Notes under the pieces: model-generated | Database searches by the model: none | The model's input: only the letters and a program-made list of their open reading frames with translations | What the model was told of the DNA's origin: nothing | Shown here: positions 13,001 to 24,434 of the stretch, piece after piece | Position numbering within the stretch: position 1 is the stretch's first letter | Layout: each line of letters opens with the position of its first letter | Made by a program: the position numbers and the translations under genes | Source of the DNA: Anaeramoeba ignava BMAN | Lineage: Eukaryota > Protista > Anaeramoebae | Length of the DNA: 64,000 nucleotides | Assembly: GCA_028826165.1 (NCBI GenBank) | Contig: JAPDFW010000070.1 | Location: forward strand, 930,001 to 994,000 | Reading direction: 5' to 3'

Positions 13001-16000
13001 GTCGTCAATTACAATTTTGAGACCTTGTTTAATTTCTGAAGAAATATCACAAATTATTGAGCATAATATAACTCCAATTTATTCAGACTTCTTTGGGAAT
13101 TCTATGAGTAGATTATTATATGGATTGTCTCTTATCCGGCAAAATATACCAAAGAATTTTTTGGATGAATTGCAAGATGTACTTTTTAATTTAAATGATC
13201 CACTTGAATATTGTTTTGAGAAATTATCATGGGTTTCAACAGGATTAATTAAGAATCCAGAAGAGAGAGTTGAATTCACGAAGTTCAACAATAAAATGCT
13301 CAAAATATGGAATAAAATTCCGTATCCAGTTACTCTATTAGAATCCTTTATTAATATGATTGATATTTATGATGGAAATAACGAAAACGGCGATCAAAAT
13401 AATAAGCCAAATTTATTCAATTCACCAGCATTACCAACAAGTTCAAATTACTCAGAAATTGTCTACTCAATTGTGGCAGAAAGATTCCGACAATCAGTTC
13501 ATTCTAATTATCAAATTTGCCGAGATTTACTTCTTTTTTTATTTTTCGTTTCTCAAGCAAGATCTTCTCTGATTACAAATTCAATTGAGACTATGATCAA
13601 CATTGACGAGCTATTGAATCAAGATCCCGAGGCAAAGCTTGGGAAGCAATTAATAGAATCTCCAATATCATTTTTTATTGATAATGTTATCCTAAAATGT
13701 GTGAAACTTTTAAAAATATATTTTATTCTTGATTGGTGCTTCAATAATCATTACAAACCAAGTCAGACAGACAAAACCCAAATACAAGTTAGTCGAGAAG
13801 AAGATGAAAAGAAGATTCTTAAAGTTTATATTCGGGATTTTTTCACAAAACATGGAAAAGAACAGAACAAATTAATGAGATCAAATTTTTGGGTTTTTGT
13901 TGAAGAAACATCAAAGGAGCCTTGGGATAACATGATGCTTAACCATATAAATCTTCGCAATTCAGAATTGATTCATTTTCTTTCGAGAAATAAATTTTTC
14001 TACAGTTTAGCGAAGCTTTGTGAAACATCTAAAACAATCCACAACATTATTTTTGATCATTCAGCATTTGCATTTCTTGGCAAAGCTTATATTGAACTTG
14101 GGAATTACGATCAAGCATTTCAATGTTTTATTAAAGAAGGATTTTTTTTGAAGAAGTATTACGAGATGATAAGTGCCAAAAGAGATGATAATAATATTAA
14201 TAATGATTTGGATGCTTTGTTTCACTTTTATACAAATGTTATGGAACAATTTGATTTGGTTTCTCAGCATAAATTAACAATCAAAATTGGTGAAATTGCA
14301 ATTTCTCAATTTGATGCTAATTTAGAATATATTGGAAATTTCTGGACTCGAATTTTCAATCAAAATATCAAACTGAAAGATTATTATTCTGCATTTAATG
14401 CGTTATTCCATATTCCAAACAAAACTACACAAAATGACTGTTTGGATTTGTTTATTTTGGAAGTTTGTCGAAATGGTTATGCACATATACTAGTAAATTT
14501 GCCTCAAGTTTCTATACTTTCAAAACAGATTGTCCAAGTTCTTTCACAAAAAGCAGAAGAATTGAATTTAGATCAGCTTTTTTTCAGCAAAGAACCTGAA
14601 AAACAAGCAAACTTTCATTACTATAATATATTGTTTAATTTTTTAACTTCCCAAAATCAATTTCGTTCAGCTGCTGAATCTTTACTTCCTTTATGTCTTC
14701 GAATTGAAAACATGATTCCTTCAGCAATTTCAATTGAGTTATTATCAAAATTTAAAACAGAAGAAATATTTCTCAATGTGAATCAAACAAAATCAACACA
14801 AATTTCAAGGAAAAAATTTTTGACATTACTTGATGAGTTTGAAAAATCACTCATTCTAATTATAACAAGTTTAGAGTTATTGGATGAATCTTGTTCTTGG
14901 ATTTGTGTTGAAAAATCAAAAAGATTAAAATCTATTTTTGATTTTCAAACAACTTCACAAGATCAAACTAATCAACAACTTAGTCTTCCAGAAAGAATAA
15001 TGATTAATCGTGAAGAAGTTGAAATTTTTGAATTGAAACAAATTCAAAATCAATATGTATTTATTCATTCACTTCGGAAGTTATTTATGAGGAATTCTAT
15101 TATACCTCCAAGTAAGAAGAAGAATATAAATTTTTAATATTTAATATTTAATATTTAATATTTAATTTTTAATTTTTAATATTTAATTTTTAATTTTTAA
15201 TATTTAATATTTAATTTTAAATTTTAATATTTAATATTTAATATTTTTATTTAATATTTAATTTTTAATTTTTAATATTTAATTTTTAATTTTTAATTTT
15301 TAATTTTTAATTTTTAATTTTTAATTTTTAATTTTTAATTTTTAATATTTAATATTTAATATTTAATATTTAATTTTTAATATTTAATATTTAATTTTTA
15401 ATATTTAATATTTAATTTTTAATATTTAATTTTTAATATTTAATTTTTAATTTTTAATTTTTAATTTTTAATTTTTAATTTTTAATATTTAATTTTTAAT
15501 TTTTAATATTTAATATTTAATATTTAATTTTTAATATTTAATTTTTAATATTTAATATTTAATATTTAATTTTTAATTTTTAATTTTTAATTTTAATTTT
15601 AATTTTTAATATTTAATTTTTAATTTTTAATTTTTAATATTTAATATTTAATATTTAATATTTAATATTTAATATTTAATTTTTAATATTTAATATTTAA
15701 TATATTTAATTTTTAATTTATTAATTATTAATTTTGTTGATTAGCTTCCCGTTTTAATGTTAAAAATCTCGTTTCTCAATTACTTAATTACTCAATGATT
15801 GAAACTGCTCTTACACTTCTTGTTCAATATAACTTACCATTAGACCCAGTATTTCAAACACTCACTACTAAATGTGTTTTAATCCAAAAAGATTTCCCAA
15901 AAATTTCAGAAAATCATTCAAAATTACTTCTTCAAAGAGATCTCATTTCTCCAATGGAAATTGAACTTGAAGATTCAATTACACTTCTTGAAACAGAAAT

Positions 16001-16499
16001 TTCTTTAAAAGATAAAAAAACAACTTATTGGAAAGTTCTTGAAAATTACTTAGCAAAATATGATTCAAGAAATTCTTGTTATAATCTTCATCAAATTGTA
16101 ATCCAAACTATTTTGGAAATTGATCCTCATTTTGGATTGCCACTTTGGCTTTTAAAATCTTATCAAGAAAAAGATCCTGAAAATTTATTGAAAAATTTAA
16201 TTCATTACAATTTACTTAATGAAGCTTTTTCAGTTGCTTTTGATATGATTTATAAAATTGAATTTCTTTTAGAAACTCCAAAAATTGAAGCAATGCCAAA
16301 TATGTTTAACATTCCTTATCTTTTATTTGATAATCTTATAAAAATCTCTTCACAAAAAATACAAAAGCAAATTGATCAAAATGATTATAATTTATCAACA
16401 ATAATTCTTCAAGATAATTTAAGATTATTTCAATCTAAAATGGATTCTTTTTTTTCAATAATATCTCATTTTTCAAAATTTATTTCCAAAAAATATTAG
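7085..16499 (+). CDS. NUP160: Nucleoporin Nup160/Nup120-like; exons 7085-7257, 11285-12677, 12741-12917, 13002-15111, 15745-16499
   Basis: Spliced N-terminus ILSW|KVENNQLLLVHLALKHTLLNNEIMFKF resembles Nup160 IYWK..LELVE.SL..NLLNNAVRLKF. Also ATISQDSKLRIWS (propeller), an alpha-solenoid, and a C-terminal LPLWL motif. All four GT-AG junctions are frame-consistent. Confidence 0.85.
7265..11270. repeat. ~4 kb 12-mer satellite (ATAAATAATTTT)n filling NUP160 intron 1 (7258-11284)
   Basis: Visible tandem repeat bounded by GTAATT and AATAG. Confidence 0.92.
15135..15720. repeat. 7-mer repeat (TTTAATA/TTTAATT)n in NUP160 intron 4
   Basis: Visible tandem repeat. Confidence 0.85.
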
Positions 16500-16609
16500 A
16501 ATAATTTTAATCAAAAACAAGAAAGAATAAAAAATTTTTTTTTTCATTTTTTTCATTTTTTTCATTTTTCATTTTTCAATAAAAAATAAAAATAAATAAT
16601 AAAAAAATA

Positions 16610-19600
16610 ATGGCTGAACATTTTGCTAAAGTTCATGGTTCTGAACAAGATAAAATTAATTGTCCTTTTTATCATAAAGTTGGTATTTGTAGACATGGAG
16701 ATTTTTGTATTAAAAGACATAATGTACCAATTTTTTCTCGAACAATTTTATTAAGAGGAATGTATACAAATCCAAGATCACATATAAACCCAACAGATAT
16801 GAATCCAGAAATTGAACAAGAACTTCAAGTAAAAAAATAAATTAAATTAAAAATTAACTTAAAAATTAACTTAAAAAATTAAATTAAAAATTAAATTAAA
16901 AAATTAACTTAAAAAAAGAAACACTTGGATTTATTTTATACAGATGTTTTTTCTGAATTAAGTAAATATGGTGAAGTCGAAGAATTAATGGTTACTGATA
17001 ATCTTGCTCCTCATTTACTTGGTCATGTTTTTGTTAGATATATTACTGAAGATGATGCAGAAAAAGCTTATAAATCTTTGCAAGGAAGATTTTATAATTC
17101 AATTCCTTTAAAACCTGAATATTCTCCAGTTGCAGATTTTCGTGATGCAAGATGTAAACAATATGATAATGAAAATGAAGGTTGTCAAAGAGGTGATTTC
17201 TGCAATTTTTTGCATGTTAGAGGTTGGTTTTTTTCTATTTATTTTTAATTTATTTTTGTTTGAAAAAAATAGATCTTTTTTTTTTAGGATGAAATTTGTC
17301 AATTTTTTTTAGGTTTTTATTAATTTTTATTCTTAAAAATTATTTAGCAATTATATAAGAAATCAAATATAAAATTTAAATATAAAATTTAAATATAAAA
17401 TTTAAATAGGAAATTAAATATAAAATTAAATAGGAAATTTAATAAGAAATAAAATATAAAATTTAAATATAAAAATTTAATAAGAAATTAAATATAAGAA
17501 ATAAAATATAAAATTAAATATAAAATTAAATATAAAATTTAATATAAAATTTAAATATAAAATTTAAATATAAAATTTAATAGGAAATTAAATAAATTAA
17601 ATAGGAAATTTAATAGGAAATAAAATATAAAATTAAATATAAAAATTAAAATAGGAAATTAAATATAAAATTTAATATAAAATTTAATAGGAAATTAAAT
17701 ATAAAATTTAATAGGAAATTAAATATAAAATTAAAATAGGAAATTTAATGAAATTAAATATAAAATTAAATAGGTAAAATTTAATAGGAAATTAAATATG
17801 AAATTTATTCAAAATTAAATATGAAATTTATTCAAAATTAAATATGAAATTTATTCAAAATAAATAGAATAAATATAAAATTTAATAGGAAATTAAATAT
17901 AAAATTTAATAGGAAATTAAATATAAAATTTAATATAAAATTTAATATAAAATTTAATAGGAAATTAAATATAAAAATTTAATAGGAAATTAAATAGGAA
18001 ATTAAATATGAAAATTAAATATAAAATTTAATATGAAATTAAATATAAAATTAAATATGAAATTAAATAGGAAATTAAATATAAAATTTATTCAAAATTA
18101 AATATAAAAATAAATAGGAAATTTAAATATAAAATTTAAATAGGAAATAAATAGGAATTAAATAGGAAAATAAATAGGAAAATAAATAGGAAAATAAATA
18201 TAAAATTAAATAGGAAATTTAACATAAAATTTAATAGGAAATTAAATATAAAATTCAAATAGGAAAATAAATATAAATTTATTCAAAAATAAATATAAAA
18301 TTTATTCAAAATTTAATATAAATTTAAATAATAATAATCTTAATAATTTTAATTCTAAAAAATTCTTTCTTTTTTCTTCTTAAAGATCCATCAAGAAGTG
18401 TAATTAAAAATTTATTCAAAGAACAAAGAAGAAGATACGAAACAGAAGAAGAAAGAAAATACTTAATTCAATTTAAAGCAAGAAGAACAGGAAATGAAAT
18501 GGGATTGCATGGACACGGAAGAAAAGATCGAGGAAGAGAACAAGAAGAAAGAAGAAGATATGATAGAAATTATCGAGATTATCACGATTATCATGATAAC
18601 GATGAACACTCTTCTCATCGTCGACATTATCCAAGTGATTCCCATCATAGATATGATGAAAATTATGAATATCATCGCGATTATAAAAACAGAGATAGTG
18701 ATAACCAAAAAAAAAGTTCAGATTCAAGATCAAACTCGCAATCCTATTCAAATTCTAGATCAAGTTCAAGAAGTTACTCAAGAAGTTACTCAAGAAGTGA
18801 TTCAAGTAGAAGTGATTCAATTTCTCAAGAAAGACAATCAAGTCAATTAGCAAAAGAGGAACGAAATGTATCCAAACAAAATCAATTAGAACCAACAGAA
18901 AACCAATCATTTCAAGAAGAATATCGAAGACAAGAAGAAGAATTCAAAAGGCAAATTGAGATTCAAAGAGAAATTGAGTTACAAAAACAAGAACAAATCA
19001 AACAAGAAAAAATCAGACAAGAAAAATTTAAACAAGAACAATTACAAAAAGAGCTTGAATTACAAAAAGAGCTCGAATTACAAAAACAACTTGAATTGCA
19101 ACAACAACTTGAATTACAAAAAGAACAATTAGAAAAAGCAAAACAAGACTCAAAAAAAATAAAGGAAAAAAAAGAAGAACATTCTCATTCAAAACATCAT
19201 AAACATCATAAACATCATAAACATCACAACAAAAAATCAAAAAGAAGCAAATCACACAAAAGTAGTCATCACACTCACCAAAATCATAATCACCATAGTC
19301 ATCATAAACATTCCCATCATCGAAAATCCAAAAATAATCATCACCATCATCATAATTCTTCTCATTCAAAAAATAAAAATTCAAATTCAAATTCAAAAGA
19401 AAATTCAAATTCAAAAGAAAATTTAAATTCAAAATCAAAATCAAAATCAAAATCAAAAAAATCCCACAAAAGAAGAAAATCAATTTCTTTAGATTCAACT
19501 TCTTCTGATTCTCAATCAATTTCAATATCTATTTCAAGTCCAGAAATAGATTCAACTTCTCGTTCTTCTTCTATATCTTCTTCACCTGAATCAAGAGATA

Positions 19601-19764
19601 ATCATGAAAAAAGAAAAAATCAAAACGAACAACAAGTTTTGAATTCAAATGAAAGAAAAAAAGAATCTCATCATCAAAAAAAGAAACATAAATCTTCAAG
19701 AAAAAGCAAACATCATAAACATTCAAAAGATTCCTCAACAACAAACGAAGAACAACAAAAATAA
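16610..19764 (+). CDS. U2AF1: U2AF small subunit (U2AF35) with long RS/Q-E/His-Lys-Ser tail; exons 16610-16828, 16919-17222, 18386-19764 (~630 aa)
   Basis: ZnF1 CPFYHKVGICRHGDFCIKRH, UHM domain (ELSKYGEVEE..HLLGHVFVRY..GRFY..EYSPVADFRDA), ZnF2 CKQYD..CQRGDFCNFLH. Splicing G|AT joins the 18499 ORF in frame. Confidence 0.9.
17360..18330. repeat. Degenerate 13-mer repeat (AAATTAAATATAA / AAATTAAATAGG) in U2AF1 intron 2
   Basis: Visible tandem repeat. Confidence 0.8.
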
Positions 19765-19947
19765 AACAAAATAAAAAATAAATTTGGAATTTGGGAAAAA
19801 AAAATTTTTTTATTTTTTTATATTGTTTTTTTTCATTAGTTCAAAATTTTGGCTAAACAAAAAAAAAAAACATTTTGCCAAATAAAAAGAAACTAAAAAA
19901 AATAAATGGAAAATAAATCAAATCCAAAAAAAAAAAATTTGAATGAA

Positions 19948-22236
19948 TCATTTCCAAAAAGGATGAATTTGAACAATCCAAAGAACAGGATCAGAAGTTT
20001 CAATTGTAACAACATCACTTACAATTTCATTTGAAGTACTAATTAAATTTCCAAATTCCAATTTGTCTTTATTTAGATTCCATTTAAGACCAGTAGTTGT
20101 AATTGAGTTACAAGGAGCACTAAGAGGAATAATACCACAAATTGGACCTTCAAATTTAGGATGAACAAAAATTTTATGAGTTCCTGGATTTAAAAATCTT
20201 GTATAATTTTCATTTGAAAATAGAAAAATTCGATAATTTTGGAAAGAAAAAGCAGCATGAAAATTTGCGAATTCATGATCAAGTCTTCCTCCAATAGCTC
20301 CCATTACAAATAAGTTAATTCTTGCTAATTCTTCATCAATAGTTTCATTTGAAGACAAACATAATTGTTCATTTTTAATTCTATTTTCTTTTTCTTTTTC
20401 TTTTTCTTTTTCATTCTCTTTTTCTTTTTCTTTTTCATTTTCATTCTCTTTTTCATTTGATTTTAATAATGGTTTTTGAATATCAATATTTCTAACTGCT
20501 TTTTGATGCTTTTGAAGTAGATTTAAACATGGGAAATTTTGCTTTAAATAATCATCTAAAAAATCTAAACATTTATAAAGATCGTTTGAATTTTGATCTT
20601 TTTTATGAATAACTTGAACTGAGTTTTTTTCGTAATATTTCCGTACTTTTGGTTCAATAGAATCTAAATCTCCAATAATAAAATCTGGTAAAAATTTTTG
20701 TCGATTCCAAGATGAAAAGTTTTTATATAATCTATTAGCACCTCCATCTGCACAAATTGTTAGGGATGCTAATATTAATTTTATAAATAAATTTTCCAAT
20801 AAATTTTCAAATAAATTTTCAAATAAATTTTCAAATAAATTTTCCAATAAATTTTCAAATAAATTTTCCAATAAATTTATAAATAAATTTTCAAATAATT
20901 TTATAAATAAATTTTCAAATAAATTTATAAATAAATTTATAAATAAATTTTCAAATAAATTTATAAATAAATTTTCAAATAATTTTATAAATAATTTTAT
21001 AAATAAATTTTCAAATAATTTTATAAATAAATTTTCAAATAAATTTTCAAATAATTTTCAAATAATTTTATAAATAAATTTTCAAATAAATTTATAAATA
21101 AATTTTCAAATAGATTTTCAAATAAATTTTCAAATAGATTTTCAAATAAATTTATAAATAATTTTTCCAATAAATTTTCAAATAAATTTATAAATAAATT
21201 TTCCAATAAATTTTCAAATAAATTTTCAAATTAATTTTCAAATAATTTTTATAAATAAATTTTCAAATAAATTTATAAATAAATTTTCAAATAAATTTAT
21301 AAATAAATTTTCAAATAGATTTTCAAATAATTTTAATAAATTTTCAAATAATTTTATAAATAAATTTTCAAATAAATTTTATAAATAATTTTATAAATAA
21401 ATTTATAAATAAATTTTATAAATAAATTTATAAATAATTTTTATTAATTTTCAAATAAATTTATAAATAAATTTATAAATAATTTTATAAATAATTTTAT
21501 AAATAAATTTTCAAATAATTTTATAAATAATTTTATAAATAATTTTATAAATAATTTTATAAATAATTTTATAAATAGATTTTCAAATAAATTTATAAAT
21601 AGATTTTCAAATAATTTTATAAATAGATTTTCAAATAAATTTATAAATAAATTTTTAATTTTATAAATAATTTTATAAATAATTTTATAAATAATTTTAT
21701 AAATAAATTTTCAAATAAATTTTCCAATAATTTTATAAATAGATTTTCAAATAAATTTATAAATAAATTTTCAAATAAATTTATAAATAAATTTTCAAAT
21801 AATTTTATAAATAAATTTTCCAATAAATTTTAATTTTAATTTTAATTTTGAATTTAGGAAATAAAAGGTAATATACTATGGGGAAAAAATGTATGTAAAT
21901 AAGGAGGAACATCATGATTTAAAATAACCATAAAAGAAATCATTTGATCTAAATAAAACAAAAATAACAATAAAAATAAATATAATAAAAATAAATATAA
22001 TAAAATTAAATACTTGGAAGTCTTTTTAAACGAGAATTTGGATTTTTTTCTTTTTTATCCATTTGCTTTTTAATTTCAGGAAGACTAAATTTTTTTGATC
22101 GAGAAAATTTTGAAGAATTGACGTTTTTTATTAATTGTTGAAAAGGACTTTTTTCTAATCGAATATAATTTGAAAATTCGTAGATAAATAAATTTTTCCA
22201 TTTGAAATCTTTTATCACATTTTTTGCACAAATCAT
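19948..22236 (-). CDS. TPK1: Thiamine pyrophosphokinase; exons 22236-22014, 21948-21877, 20768-19948
   Basis: Motifs VILN, CADGGANRL, PDFIIGDLDSI, DQNSNDLYKC, GAIGGRLDH, TTGLKWNL, FGNLISTSN. Introns 21949-22013 and 20769-21876 are GT-AG and frame-consistent. The ORF-track N-terminus (ENLFENL) is intronic repeat. Confidence 0.93.
20780..21830. repeat. 12-mer satellite (AAATAAATTTTC variants) in TPK1 intron
   Basis: Visible tandem repeat. Confidence 0.9.
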
Positions 22237-22367
22237 TTGTCTTTTTATTTTTGATAATTATTTTTTTTTTAATCAAAAAAAAAATGAATTTTTAAATTTT
22301 TAAAAAATTTTTTTTTTTCTTTATTTTTTCCGATTTTAAAGAATTTAATTTTTTTCTATTTAATTCT

Positions 22368-23305
22368 TTAATTAATTTCATTCCAAATTTCTTGAAAAAG
22401 TTTTTCTTTTTGATTTTCTAATTTTTTAATTGAAATTTGAGTTACAACATTTAATTCTGAAATTATTTTAACATTTTTTATTTCATTTTCAATTTGATTT
22501 TGATTTTGATTTTGATTTAGATTTTCATTTTGATTTTGATTTTGATTTTGATTTTGATTTTGATTTTGAATTTGATTTTTATTTTGATTTTCATTTTCAA
22601 TTTGATTTTGATTTTGATTTTGATTTTGATTTAGATTTTGATTTTGATTTTGATTTTGATTTTGATTTTGATTTTCATTTTCAATTTGATTTTGATTTTG
22701 ATTTTGATTTTGATTTTGATTTTGATTTTCTTCTTTTTCTTCTACTTGAATTTGAAAGTTATAAACACTAATATTTGATAAATTATCTTTTGAAATTTTT
22801 AAATCATTTGAATCAAAATTTTTTAACTTGATTTTGAAATGAGTTTTTTAATTTATAATTATTTTCTTTAAATTATTTTTATTTTAAATTAAAAATACTT
22901 TTTCTATAAAAAAGTTTGTTCCTTTTTCATAATTAAAAGGTCCAAATTTTGAAATTTCTAAATTAAATTTTTTTTCCGATTTTAATTTGAATTTTTAATT
23001 TGAATTTTTAATTTGAATTTTTAATTTGAATTTTTAATTTGAATTTTTAATTTGAATTTTTAAAAAGTTACCAAAAGATTGTTTTGAAAAAATAAAATCA
23101 ATAATTAACTAAAAATTTAAAAACAAAATTTTCTTTTTTTTTAAATCAAAAAAATTATTTCAAAAAAAAATTAAATTTTTACTGTAATTTTCCAGAATAC
23201 TTTTTCAAGTGGAATATCATTAGAAAAAGTTATTTTAAATGTTATTTCTTTTCCAAATTCACAACTAATTGGATCAAATTCAATTTTTAAAAATTTAAAA
23301 TTCAT
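22368..23305 (-). CDS. Small multi-exon ASF1-like beta-sandwich protein with an NQ-repeat insertion (not in ORF track)
   Basis: Manual translation: [41 protein letters not shown]|[12 protein letters not shown]|[20 protein letters not shown]|..[15 protein letters not shown]-(NQ)[16 protein letters not shown]..EIWNEIN*. The pattern echoes ASF1 (FEITF..LEWKLTY..GVNKF). The third junction needs a one-base homopolymer correction. A TTTTCATTTT motif lies upstream. Confidence 0.55.
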
Positions 23306-23445
23306 TATAAAAAAATTTTTTAAAGAAGAAAAAAAATGAAAAAAAAATTGAAAAAAAAATGAAAAATTTAAAAAGGAATTTATAAATGCAAAAGTAGATA
23401 AATTTATTTATAATTTGATTTTTATTTTGATTTTCATTTTCATTT

Positions 23446-24136
23446 TCAATTTTCAATTTGATTTTGATTTTGATTTTGATTTTCATTTTCATTTTGATTT
23501 TGATTTTGATTTTGATTTTGATTTTTGATTTTGATTTTGATTTTGATTTTGAATTTAATTTTGAATTTAATTTTCATTTTCATTTTCATTTTCATTTTGA
23601 TTTTAATTTTGATTTTCATTTTGATTTTGATTTTGATTTTCATTTTCATTTTCATTTTCATTTTGATTTTCATTTTCATTTTCATTTTCATTTTCATTTT
23701 CATTTTCATTTTCATTTTCATTTTCATTTTCATTTTCATTTTCATTTTCATTTTCATTTTGAATTTTATTTTTGAGTTTCTTTTTCTCTTCTTCTAATTT
23801 TAATAAAAGTTTTTCTTTTTCCAATTTAATTTGTTCAATTTCATAATCCTTTAAATCATTATTAGAATCAAGTCTACTTAACAAATTCGAAATTTTTTGA
23901 TGAATATTTTCTAAACTATCATTATCATCTTTGAATAATAAAATTTTATCCTTTTCTTTTAATCTGTCTAAATCTTGTAATTCAATTAATTCATTTGTTT
24001 CATTTTTTAAATCATTTTTTAAATCATTTTTTAAATCATTTTGTGATTCATTTTGTGATTCATTTTTTTCAAAATATTTTTTTAATAAATAAGCTCCAAA
24101 TCCAACTAAAACAACTCCTCCTGTTATTAAAGCCAT
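23446..24136 (-). CDS. Unknown protein with N-terminal transmembrane anchor, coiled coil and EN/QN repeat tail (3' end uncertain)
   Basis: MALITGGVVLVGFGAYLLKKYF is a hydrophobic segment followed by KK. The frame is lost in the microsatellite. Confidence 0.6.
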
Positions 24137-24434
24137 AAAAATAAAAATAAAAATAAAAATAAAAATAACAACAAAGAAAAAATGAAAAAAAATGAAAAAA
24201 AAAATCGGAAAAAAATATTATTCTTTTTTTAATTTTTCAAAAATAGTTAAATTTTTTTTAAAAAAAAATTCCTTTTTTGTTTCTTTAATTGTTTCTTTAA
24301 TTATTTGATTATTTGATTGATTAAATTTTTCTTTGATTGATTAATTATTTTTAGAAGAAAAAAAAAAGAAAATTGAAATTTCAATTTTAAACAATATAAA
24401 TCGTTTCAAATTATTTTTAAAATTGTAAATAATA

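Noticed and set aside
3732-16499. Intein in EFTUD2, NUP160 or other conserved genes
   Set aside because: Spliced lengths match the host families and I saw no C...HN-C/S/T insertion or LAGLIDADG block.
3732-19764. Functional cluster of RNA-processing genes (EFTUD2, NUP160, U2AF1)
   Set aside because: Three neighbours in a gene-dense genome may be chance, and synteny cannot be tested from this window.
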